A stretch of 43,490 nt of DNA from Catajapyx aquilonaris (Eukaryota), in assembly GCA_000934665.2 (NCBI GenBank), contig JYFJ02003329.1, positions 1-43,490 on the forward strand, written 5' to 3'. The notes beneath the pieces are model-generated. The model was not told the DNA's origin. It saw nothing but the letters and a program-made list of their open reading frames with translations, and made no database searches. Position 1 is the first letter of the stretch. Each line of letters opens with the position of its first letter. This document shows positions 1-10,586 of this stretch, piece after piece. Position numbers and translations under genes: made by a program.

Positions 1-728
1 TAACTACACTATTTTGTCCAGCAAATCCTCTTCATACAGCATTCAATCCCCAACTTCACACACCCATTGCCATGTAATAAAAAATTATATTAAAAAAAAT
101 ATGCTGATTGCCTCTCTAAACCGCGACAGTAAATATGACACTCTGTCACCTCATGATTATGAGTGCTATTTCGCCGAATCGCATTTCGCCAAAATGCTGC
201 AGTCATATGATAACCTCTTGCAGGGGGTGTCGCAATGTATTACATGCGTCATGTGCAATTAATATTCCCACCCACCGAATGTGTGGGGAGGCCGTAAGCA
301 ATTCGACGAAATGGGCTTAGACCGCAAAAACTGAAGAATTTGTCGAGTTCCCCCCCACACAGTCGTTGGGGAGGCAGCAAGTTGCTCAATATTCGTCGCC
401 TGATCGCAGAGGCGGAATGGCCGCTGATTTGGGACGAATTGGAGCCAATTTCTCCTGGTGCGCTGATTAATGAGCCTTGAAATTGCCCAATACGTCTGCC
501 ACTCAACCTCCATCATGTGTATACACTATACATTTTAAGACCTCTCCTCCTTTCCTCAGAGTTTCATTTCCTACCTGACACTGTAACCTGACTTCATATT
601 ACTGCCAACCAAAGATAGCGTCATTCACACACAAATTCCAAATATATTTTAATAGAGATTTGCTGGGATATGTCTACGGAGTGGAGATGAATCGTCTTTA
701 TTTTGTACTGTACTAGATGCAGCAACAC

Positions 729-742
729 TGTGTGTGTGTGTG
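729..742. repeat. (TG)7 microsatellite
   Basis: Read directly from the sequence. Confidence 0.9.
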
Positions 743-1484
743 TACCCCCCTAGAGTGAAGGAATGGAGTGCGGGTTCCTTTGAAGACTGCCTAGCAAACT
801 GGGACCATAAAGCACTGGGTGGTTCCTTTCAACCCGCAACACAATCAAGTAATGGACACCTGGCCGACCGATAATAATAATTATCGAGTGCAGGTGGTCG
901 ACCCATACACTTTTTTTTTATTCAACATGTTTTTTTTTTGACACGGAAGATGGTAATGCAAAGCAAGCAGTGCAGTGTACGGGGGTGTATATCGACCTGT
1001 AGCTGCAGCACAAAAGGAGATGAGTGCAGGACACGCCAAAGGTGGGTCTCCTGAGGCTCTTTAGGCTCGGGACCAGCCTATCCTTCACTCATTACGCGCC
1101 TTCTCCATTTCACCCCCATCACACGTGCCCTAGCCCCTAATGCACCACTCTCTGGTTCATTACCCATTATTTCATATTGGGACAGTGGGGGTAAACAACC
1201 CCTAGAGAAGCTTCTTCACCTAACCCATCTGAAAAGGTAGTGTATATAATGAGGGTTAGGTAGAGGGGGGGCTAGTAGGTCCTTTTTTTTTCCTTTTTTC
1301 CGAATGGTCCAGTTCTAGAGTCCACTTCTCTTTTTTAGGGTCCGGCGCAAGGGAAGCCAAGCTGCCAATTTCAAATTGGACTTCTCGTTTGCTTTAGTTA
1401 CTTTCCTGTCCCCGAGCTCTCCAATGAGACTTTCATATTGATCTTCCATAGCGCTTTTTTAGGGGGGAGGGCTGAAGCGGAGGT

Positions 1485-1506
1485 GGGTGGGAATAGGGGG
1501 GGTGGG
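1485..1506 (+). other. Canonical G-quadruplex-forming motif
   Basis: GGG-T-GGG-AATA-GGGGGGG-T-GGG fits four G3+ runs with 1-7 nt loops, with extra G-runs at 1462-1471. Folding in vivo is not shown. Confidence 0.55.
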
Positions 1507-4500
1507 CGATGCCCAATAAGCAGGCCAGCCTTCAAATTTCCTTGGACGCTGCAGAGAGGTTTAAAAAGGAAACATCTTGGGGGAGCCTGGAGGAGAAAGT
1601 AAAAAAAAAAAAGCTGGGCAAGGAGGACTCATCCACGTGATTAAAAATTAGAAGAGAGGGAGCTGCCTCCCTCTCCCTTCCTCTTTGCAGAAAAAGAAAT
1701 CTTTCAGAGCGATCGTAGAAAAAAAAAGTGAAAAAAAATCCCCCAAGTCTGGTGAGGCCTTATTCAGCGGTTGTGCATGGACGGCGGCAGGCATCACATC
1801 CTCCACTTGTCATGTCCACTTGGTCCATGGGGTTTCTTTCATTTGGACCCCCACGAAACATTACTGCTGCTCTGTTGACGACACTAATATTCCAGTTGCC
1901 TTTTTTTTTGCTGTATTTTCATACCTATCCCTTCGTCACGCTTCCACGCTTTATGATTTTCAGATATAGAATTGGTTCCATCCCCATCATGTAACATGGC
2001 GGACAAATCATATTAAAAATAGTGCATACTATGATAGTGTACTTACCTGGTGCAGAAGCTTCTTGAATAGAGTTTATCGTCCCTGCCCAGCCCCTTGTTC
2101 AGTTCCCCCCCATTGCAAAAATGCCAATATGCATTAATTGAAGAAGAAAAAAAAAGAAGAGCAGGGTCTCGTGAGTCCGGCCCATTTTTCAGTCAGGGAG
2201 GCTCCTCGGAGGTGATCACAAAGACAAGATTCCGTGATAAATCACTGAATCAATGGGCGGGCAGAGGCATTGAAGGCCTTTAATTATGTACGGGTGTGAG
2301 GATGAATCGGGGCTTGGAGGGAAAAAGGTGGTGGGGGTAAGTAAAATGGGGAGCCCAACAGTATTGTTCCACCCTGATCAATTTCCAGAGGCTTGGAAAT
2401 ACATCAAAAAGTCCCTTTCCTTTTGTTGCCACCATGACCTTAAAATATAAGCAAAGTGTGACCTGCCTTCTGTTTTCCTTGTCGTGGGGTGGGGGCGATG
2501 TGTCTCCCTCGCTTCCTTATAGGGTTGGAATATAGCCCTGCGTTTCCTTCGCCACCTCGCGGAATTCATTTTCTAGCAGAGCGCCTTCCCAACTAATTGT
2601 GGCCATAAAGCCGGGTAAAATAGGGCGCCCATTTTCATAGAAGGGGGCGCCCGCCAAGGGTGGGCTCATTTGCCGCATGACGGATTCGCTGATTCGCCTG
2701 CCATGTTTTAAAAAAAAAAGAGGAGCCTGGAGAGGCGTGGGGAAAAAGGAACCAGGAGAGACTTACTTTGTAGGATAGGGGAAATTTTTTTATATAAGAG
2801 TGTGTTCCTGGCATGAAAAAAGTGTGTGATAGCAACGGGAGTTTATTGGCCAAATCTTATGTGTCCCACCCTCGGTTGTTACAAACCTGAGTTGGGTGTC
2901 GATCCGACCGTCCAAGTCTCTTCGGGGGCCCTAATGTGTATACGCGCCTTTTTTTTTGTCTACATAGAGAGTAGGATCTGCAAGTCAAGAGTCGTAAGGA
3001 TCTCAGTCACATACTTTTATTGATCAGCATAAGCAGACTACATGCGGCATATAGTAAAAACCTAAATTTAACTGATATACCAAAAATAGAACTGCACAAT
3101 ATGTATAAAACAATGTCTACAACTAGAGGAAAATCATGATTTTATTTTTTTGTAATATGTTCGGAATGAGTGAGGGATCGGCGGGGGTGTTTTTGAGTGT
3201 GTGTTGTATGTGCGTAGTGTGGGTGGTTGGCAGGGAAAAGTGTGTGCTTTGGGAGAAGGACCACAAATAAACAACAGTGGTCGAGTGTGTGAAACTGAAG
3301 TGTGTTGGCGGGGTAGGTTCTTCCTCTTCTTTCTCTGTCAAATGTGAAACGCAGGTTGAAAGGGCAAGGTGTCGAATGAGGAATATGGGTATGGTATTGG
3401 GGGTGTCAGACCTGTAAAAAGGCGGGGGATTTAATTTTCTTTTGAACCTAAAACGCAAAACCGAGATGTTCCGTTTCAGTTGTATTATTTTTATTTTTAT
3501 TATTATTAGTTTTTTTTTTCGCCTTCAAACATTCTGTCTGGACTAACATTGAAAAAGGGCAACTTATGGCTAATGGGGAAGCAGCTCCCGACCGCTGGTC
3601 ATTTACATTCTCTCTGTACAAAAACCTTCACATATCCAGCGTCTTCTTGTCGACGGGAAACTTACAAATGGGAGAGGAGGAATAAAAAATAAATAAAAAA
3701 ATAAATAGATAGAAAAGCAAGATGGAATACACCTGTTGCCCTTTCTCACTGCTACACTTAGGCTACAATACAGAACCAGGTTATTTATTGACTTATTTAT
3801 TTTTTTCGGTGTTACAGTAGTATACATACAGCGTTGGGATGACGAGAAAAGATCCTTTTTATATGCATTTTTTGTTGTTTTTGTTTCGTTTTTTAATATT
3901 CTTCTTTAAAACTGGGCCCCAAGCTTGTTTTTTTTAGTCATAGGAACTTCGAGACTTCGTGAGGTAGACGCTTCATCAAGTCTAAGTCTGCCTGGGCCTC
4001 AGTTCACTATCAAAACTACTCGGGCAGAGAATTGAGAGAGATACGCCCTTTGATACTACGTCACCTTCAATCTCTGCCGCAAGAGGCCACTTACCGCAGG
4101 TATTATCCGGACCTCACAAAAAAAAAAGGACAGACAAAAAAATAATATGCGTATGTGTGGTTGTGTGCACATACTCAATTTTTTTTTTGCGGGAAGTGCG
4201 ACTCAATTAGATGCGAAACAAGATGTCGGACCAACCAAACAGCCAGACTTGCATGGAAAAGCAACTAAAGGGTTTATAACAAGAAGCCTCATTGTTGAAC
4301 CTACGATCAGTTCAAAGTGAAAAACGGGACGTACTGTAACATTATTTTTTTTCTTTCAGCGTGTTTGACGTCATGGACAGTAGTGGGTATTTTTTTGCGC
4401 TATTTACATATGTGTCTTTCGTGAGCAAAAAATAAGTTAGACCTACATACTGTATGTCCATTAACCTCGTAGCAGTATACAAAGTATATTATAGAATACA

Positions 4501-4566
4501 TGGTCTGACGATGAAAAAATAACCGTCACTGAGTTGGCTTTCACAAGGTTTACACCGCACATGAAC

Positions 4567-4630
<64 letters not shown>
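4567..4630. repeat. (TAA)~21 microsatellite, with degenerate AAT-rich extension to ~4950
   Basis: Perfect trinucleotide run read directly. Confidence 0.98.
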
Positions 4631-4632
<2 letters not shown>

Positions 4633-4810
4633 ACTAGCAATAATAATAATCATATCTAATTCCAACCAACCATATACAGAGAGTCTATTGTACAAAGTCA
4701 TTCCCGAAAGTGAGATTACTGCGGTGATGTCACTAAAAACAACCGAACCTACTGGCAGCCTGTTCAGCAAGTAATGTAAATCCAGGTTCACAATCAGAAT
4801 ACTATATAAT

Positions 4811-4831
4811 AGCAGCAGCAGCAGCAGCAGC
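4811..4831. repeat. (AGC)7 microsatellite
   Basis: Read directly from the sequence. Confidence 0.95.
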
Positions 4832-7800
4832 GCCGACAATGGTAATAATACAAGGTTTGTTGTAATAGCAATAAGGAAATACTCTTACTCATAATTAATA
4901 ATAGCAATAATTAATAATAATATTATCAATAATAATGAAATGGTAATAGAACACAAGTGCCAATCGGGTGCGAGTCCACGACTTTGAAAAAATTGGCCGC
5001 GGATTTTGAGTCCCCCACCGCACTTTTTTTTTATCCCACTTTTTCACACATCGTCTCCTTCAAGCAACAGGTCATTTTGTTTAAATACAATATTTAAACT
5101 ATACAATGCGAGGCTTTGTTTTGCCGGCGCCACCTTGGAAACGGCGGCGGTCCAGCGGCTATAGAACTGAATGCCCTACGAAACACGACCATCCTCCTGT
5201 AAGATTTCCGGGGGTAAGGATTTATTGCTTACAAAGTGTGCAACCAGCCCATAAGTGTCGAAACCAAACCAATCGGAGGAAGATTTAAGAAGATCCTTCT
5301 CTCTCTTTTTTTATATATCCCGCGCTACCTCCTCTTTTCCCTATTTTATTTTTATTCTTATATTTTTTTTGCTCTTTCTTTTCCATAAAAAAATCCTGGT
5401 AGTAGGCTATACAACTTTTTATACATGATGGTACAATACAAAGAACTATACAACCCATACTATGAAACATCTCATTAATAAAGTCCTTTGTTTTGGTAGG
5501 AAATGGATACTGCAGCGTACCCGAGTAACAATAGGCTTCCCAAGAAGCCCGGAAAAAAGACAACATCTTGCCCTTGTATACTAACCATATCTCGCCAAAC
5601 AGAGGATGAAAATAAAAATTGGGTGGGAAATAAACACAAAAATGATCGGTCATTGGATGGATGACTTGAAAAAGGGCGATTGTCATATCTGCCCCAAATA
5701 TTTGCACGCTATGAGGGCGTAATTTTTCGCAAAAAAAAAAACGAACAACCTTTGCCCTCTCCAGAAGCTCAATGGATTAGGTCGCAAAAAGAAGCAACTG
5801 CGCAGTGTACGACGACCCCGTCTAATAATCCCATCAGACAAGAAACCAAAATTATTGGTAGGGGTTGGTATGAGGGAAGAAACGGCGCACGCTCAACTCA
5901 TTTAATGAGATTAATTGGCAACTACAATGATTTATCGCGCGTGAGAGGATCCATACCAATTTACTGGTTCTGGCGGAAGGATCCTTAAGCCACCGCCACT
6001 TTTTCTTCTTCTCTTTCTTTTTTTCCTTTTTGCTTCATCTGTTTATGACGGTGGCAGGGATGCTGGAGCCAAACTGTGTGTGTGTGTTTTTTTTAACTTA
6101 CTTTTTTTTTTAGTGCGACTCCCATCTGCACAGACCTAATCCATTTTTGGAGCTCTAGAGGAGAACTTTGGTACTTTGGCCACCCGGGGATACCTGACTG
6201 ACTCAGTGAGAGAAATTTGCAACCAAAAAAGACGGGGGGAAATAAAGAAACAGGGGTGGGATCGAAAGCAACAGACTTCCTATGCGAGGGTTGGAAGTAA
6301 AAAGAAATGAAATTTCTGCATAAGCGTATTCGGATGTAAGTCAAGGGTCGGTTAGTTAGGCGTTAGTTTGTGACCGCCACCCGAGGCCAACTAGGCTCAG
6401 GAAACATTGCTTGGGTTGGAGATAAAACTGCATAGATTTTTTTCTTATTTCTTATTTTTTATTTATTATTTAAAACAGCCCTGTAGGTCAGGCCTCGTTC
6501 CAGCACCACGAAAGCGCCCACCTAGTCTACATAGGAACATGATTCGCTTCACTTAATATATGACACTATTCTGGCGAGGTTTCATTCTCATTTTGCACAT
6601 TTATCAGCTATAATATAATCTTAAAGAATAGCTTTATATTTTTCTTTCTTTTTTTGTGGCGCTAGGGTGTGTGGAACGGAGCCTGTCACAAGACGGTGGT
6701 AAGTTTGCTAGGTGGTCAAAATAGTTGCTGGGCCTAGTGGCATCAGGTGAAGCGACCTGGTAGCTAGTTGCTCACTTTGTTTAGTTTTAGTAACCCACGT
6801 GACGCCGATGACCATAGGGCAAGACAGTTGTTTCCAAAATAAAGAATCCCAAGTACTTTTTTTTAGCTCTTCTCCTTCGAAAAATAAAAACACAAAGAAA
6901 GAAACCTTTTTTGGGGTGGTGTTTGGCCACCCACCTACGCACATGGCACAGACCAATACGAACACTACTTAAAGCTCTCTATTAATTTTTTCCTCTTTCT
7001 TGGTAAATACTACTGAGAACATAAGACGACAAGACCAGAAAGGCGAGAGTCCAGCCTACCGATAGAGTTAGTGGCTTCTTGTTATTCAAGTAGTTATGCT
7101 TAGGAAGGACCTGACCCTTGAAGGTGGGCGAGGATGTCTATTCTCCCCAGATCAAAAAACCCGTGAAAAGACTCGAAAAAACTGACCGTTTTCCCCCGCC
7201 TGACGAAAAACGTAAAAAACAATTTTCCATCTTTTTACCATGTTATCCGCGGATGTCTCTGGCAGCATGAGTAGGCGAGCAACATCTTATTTTTTTCAAT
7301 TATTATTATTATTTTTTCTTCAAAAAAATGGTGCCCGTTTTGGCTTGTATCCGCCAGAGCCATCTGCGAACAGGCGGACAAAACGATACGACGATGATAA
7401 AAACACCTCCTCGCCCTGGCCCAAAAATAATCAGGACCTTCCCTCCCTCCCCCACTCCGTGAATTTTACAGCCTACATGAACAGTACAGGGAAAGTACGT
7501 CAACAAGATTACGAGCACACTCAACTAATAGTTAATACATCTCATCATATAGAAAAGCATCGTTAAACAGGAACCTTAGTAATGTTAGCTAAGAATAGGA
7601 ACCTTGGATACTGGGAATGTACCAGTGTTTTTCGGCCTACGCCTTTTTTATACCCAAACCACCTCCCCAAAACCCTCCCAAATTGAACCCCACTTGGCAG
7701 TGAGTAGTCATTAGCGCCACCCAATTAACAATTCGCAAATCTCTCTCTTTATTTCCTCCCTCAACCTCTTCCATCTTTTTTGAGCTCTCCCTTCCCACCC

Positions 7801-8829
7801 TCTATACCACATATTTTTTTCTTCTTCAACCAACCCAAATTTCCAAATTCTGTCACCAAAGAGAGCAGGAGAGAGAGAGTTGAAGAGAGAGACAAAAAAA
7901 TTTATGATGGACACCGACACGCCACAATTGTAATGCACCATATTCACACGCATCAGACTGTGTAATACTCTCTGGTTGTTGTTTGCTGTTTAGTTTGACT
8001 TGTAGTACGCAGTTAGCAATAATAGTTATTTTTTATATAATATTTAGAGCCCTTGCACCCAACCCCCCACCCGACCCCACCCCTGCAAAGAGCCAGCCTG
8101 ACTTTACACGATGAGCTTCATTTGCGCCACTCGCAACCCCTTCTCCGCAAGTCCACCAGATTTATAATATTTCTTTCAAATACCACCATTTTTTCGGAGT
8201 CCTCCAGCTCCAAAAAAAACTCCTTCCCAAAAAAATCCCATTTCGTGTTAGTTTCGTTCATATACCTGTTTATAGTACACAGAATTGGGTTTTACAGAAC
8301 AGGACATGTTGGACCCTAGCTTAGCTCTAGACAGAAACGATATATCGAAAGATAATAACGTGGTGGTTCTACCAACCAGCAAAAAATGAAACATTTACAA
8401 ACGAGCCACTTTTTCTTTTCTTTTCTTTGTTTTTTAAAGTTTCGTATGCCAAAAAGGTTTTACAGCAAAGAGGCGAGGTGTGTTCTCACAGGCAACAGTT
8501 TACTTCTTCTTAATAGTTCTCATCTTAATAGTTATGTACAGGGGATTGGTTTATTGTAGGTTATCAAAAATGACATTCCAACATTACGAAAAATGACTTT
8601 GTCCCCCTACTACGAATCTGCCTTTTTTTTCTTTTTCTTTCTCTCTCTCTCTTATTTTTTAAAAGTCAATTCTGGCTGTCCCCACACACGAACCAAAAGA
8701 GTGTAGGAATCATCCCAGCTTCGGTCTTGGAACATTTTTTTTCATCCTTAGAATGCGGCTAGATATTAGTAGTGTTTATTTATCACCGAGCTGGGTTATT
8801 TTTTGCGAAGTAGAACGCTTTGCCCCATA

Positions 8830-8835
8830 TTTATT
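8830..8835 (-). promoter_or_regulatory. Possible polyadenylation signal (AATAAA) for the 9714-10586 gene
   Basis: First minus-strand AATAAA I found downstream of the stop codon, with a second at 8775-8780. The region is AT-rich, so chance occurrence is likely. Confidence 0.25.
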
Positions 8836-9713
8836 ATCCCTCTTTTTTTTTAACAGACACTCTTGTATAACAACAACTCGACTACAGAAGATGAGACAGA
8901 AAAAAAGCTTTTTTCTTCTGAGCACAACATCACAAGTCTCAACGTGCCTAGCTGGGCTGGCAAATTATTTCTTATATATTTTTTGGCTTTTTCCTTTTTG
9001 TTTCCTCAAATAACTTTTTGTGTATTTACGCACAAATAACTACACATATCGGACACACGACTACCTTTTTTTTTCTTAAAACTATCTCCAAAAAAAAAAC
9101 AATATCTTGGGGGGGGTTGAGTTGGGTGTTTCTCGAAGGGTGAAATTGGGGGGGTTATTAGTAGAAGGTTAGTATAGAAGTGGAGGGTTGGTTGCTCGAA
9201 GTCTATGTACTGCATGTAAAATGTATGACTGCGTTCCACTCGTACGTACAGCCACCCAGGACAAATTCACACGCATCCATCCTCAATTTGGCGGTGATGA
9301 TTGGGAAACATTTTCTTGGAAACGAAAAAAAACCAACGTTCAACGTCGGATTTCGAAGTCGACACTCGGTGTCACAACAGTCACGGACCTACATTGCGCC
9401 TTCAGGTGTAGCAAGCGTCGCGGATAATTCCATGAACTCACATCATTCTTTTTGAGCCATGAACAAGTTTTGTACTTCTTGAATGCTTCAAAAATCATGG
9501 AATCAAAAATCCGGGGGGGTGGCCGTCACGGGTTAAAAAATAATGCGCAAAAAATTTAGACCTCAACTTTGGAAGCTCTGGAAACACTGCGTGATTGAAC
9601 GCGCAATCAGGTCCGTACCAGTTGGGACAGTTTGAAGGGCTGGGGAGGGTTGTGTGGTGGGCAACACAAAAACGAACGAAACAAACGCGCGAGAGACAGT
9701 TTGCGAGGTGGAG

Positions 9714-10586
9714 TTATTGCCCTGCGGAGGTGACCTGGGGGTCGGGGACGGGCAGCGCCAGCTGAGTAGTGGGGCACTTGGTTTGGGGCTGGTGGATGTT
9801 ACCGTTCGAGTCGGTGGGCGCCATCGCGGCCGAGACCTCCTCGTCGTCTTCATCGTCGCACTCTTCCTCTTCATCCTCTTCCTCTTCCTCTTCGTCCTCC
9901 TCCTCGGCCGCAGCCCTGGCCAGAGCCGTGATCTGCTTCACCACGTCGTCCATCTCGGACGACAACGTCGGCTGAGGCGGCGTTGTAGGCGGAAGCAACC
10001 TCGGCGGCGGAGGCGGAGGTGGCAACCTGGCGCGATGCTGGTGCTGGCGCGCCTGAGCCGGAGTGGTCAACTGCTCCGAGCAAACGGAGCACTCCCATAA
10101 GACGTGCAGGAGCCTCACGCCCCAGGTGCCGCAAGAGGATGGCGGCGACGACGAAGCGGCGTGATGCAACAGCGTCGGTACCGTCGGGAAGGCTTGGTGG
10201 CAGGTGCCGCAGACGACGCCCACTTCCTTCTCCAGGCTGACCAGCCAGTCTTTGCCCTCGCCCTCGTCCACTAGCTCCCAGGGGTTGTTAGCGTCCGAGG
10301 AGAAGCGAACGGTGGACAGCTGCGGCTGTACTGCTGCTGGCGGTACTGGCTGACCCGGGAGACCCGGACGCGGAGGGCGAGCTGCTGACTTCTCCCACGG
10401 GCTGGCCCAGGGCGTGCCCCAGGGCCGGCCCCCCTCCGCCTCCAGCCTCGCCACCACTTCCTTCCGCACCTCCGCCGGAAGCTGCAGCAGCGACAGCGAG
10501 GTGCCTCCGGAAGTCCCGGATGCCGCTTCGGGTCCCTGCCCGCCGCCTCCTGTACGGGTCACCAAAAAAAGCACACGGTTAACCAT
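9714..10586 (-). CDS. Unrecognised 290-aa protein or terminal coding exon: F-box-like motif, two atypical C2H2-like zinc fingers, Pro tract, acidic tract
   Basis: Longest ORF in the window, in a sharply bounded GC-rich island, with ATG in a strong Kozak context (GACCATGG). aa32-48 SLLQLPAEVRKEVVARL resembles an F-box start. C126-x2-C-x12-H142 and C166-x2-C-x12-H182 have canonical finger spacing. Poly-P at aa189-195, E/D run at aa228-250. The true start could instead be a splice acceptor at 10551-10550. Confidence 0.75.
   Translation of the reverse strand: MVNRVLFLVTRTGGGGQGPEAASGTSGGTSLSLLQLPAEVRKEVVARLEAEGGRPWGTPWASPWEKSAARPPRPGLPGQPVPPAAVQPQLSTVRFSSDANNPWELVDEGEGKDWLVSLEKEVGVVCGTCHQAFPTVPTLLHHAASSSPPSSCGTWGVRLLHVLWECSVCSEQLTTPAQARQHQHRARLPPPPPPPRLLPPTTPPQPTLSSEMDDVVKQITALARAAAEEEDEEEEEEDEEEECDDEDDEEVSAAMAPTDSNGNIHQPQTKCPTTQLALPVPDPQVTSAGQ

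Noticed and set aside
300..350. Hammerhead-like CTGAAGA and GAAA motifs
   Set aside because: Stem II register is wrong (extra ATTT) and stems I/III with a cleavage triplet cannot be built. Other CTGAnGA hits I checked also lack a correctly placed GAAA.
2041..2050. ACTTACCTGG, identical to the U1 snRNA 5' end
   Set aside because: Downstream sequence is not U1. It is simply a minus-strand CAG|GTAAGT consensus donor with no identifiable exon.
4489..4839. 116-aa poly-Leu 'membrane protein' ORF
   Set aside because: Artefact of the (TAA)n and (AGC)n microsatellites read on the minus strand.
9563..10240. Several ORFs overlapping the 290-aa ORF (148, 103, 87, 73, 68 aa)
   Set aside because: Shadow frames of a GC-rich coding sequence; their poly-Ser/Leu/Arg runs mirror the acidic and Pro tracts.
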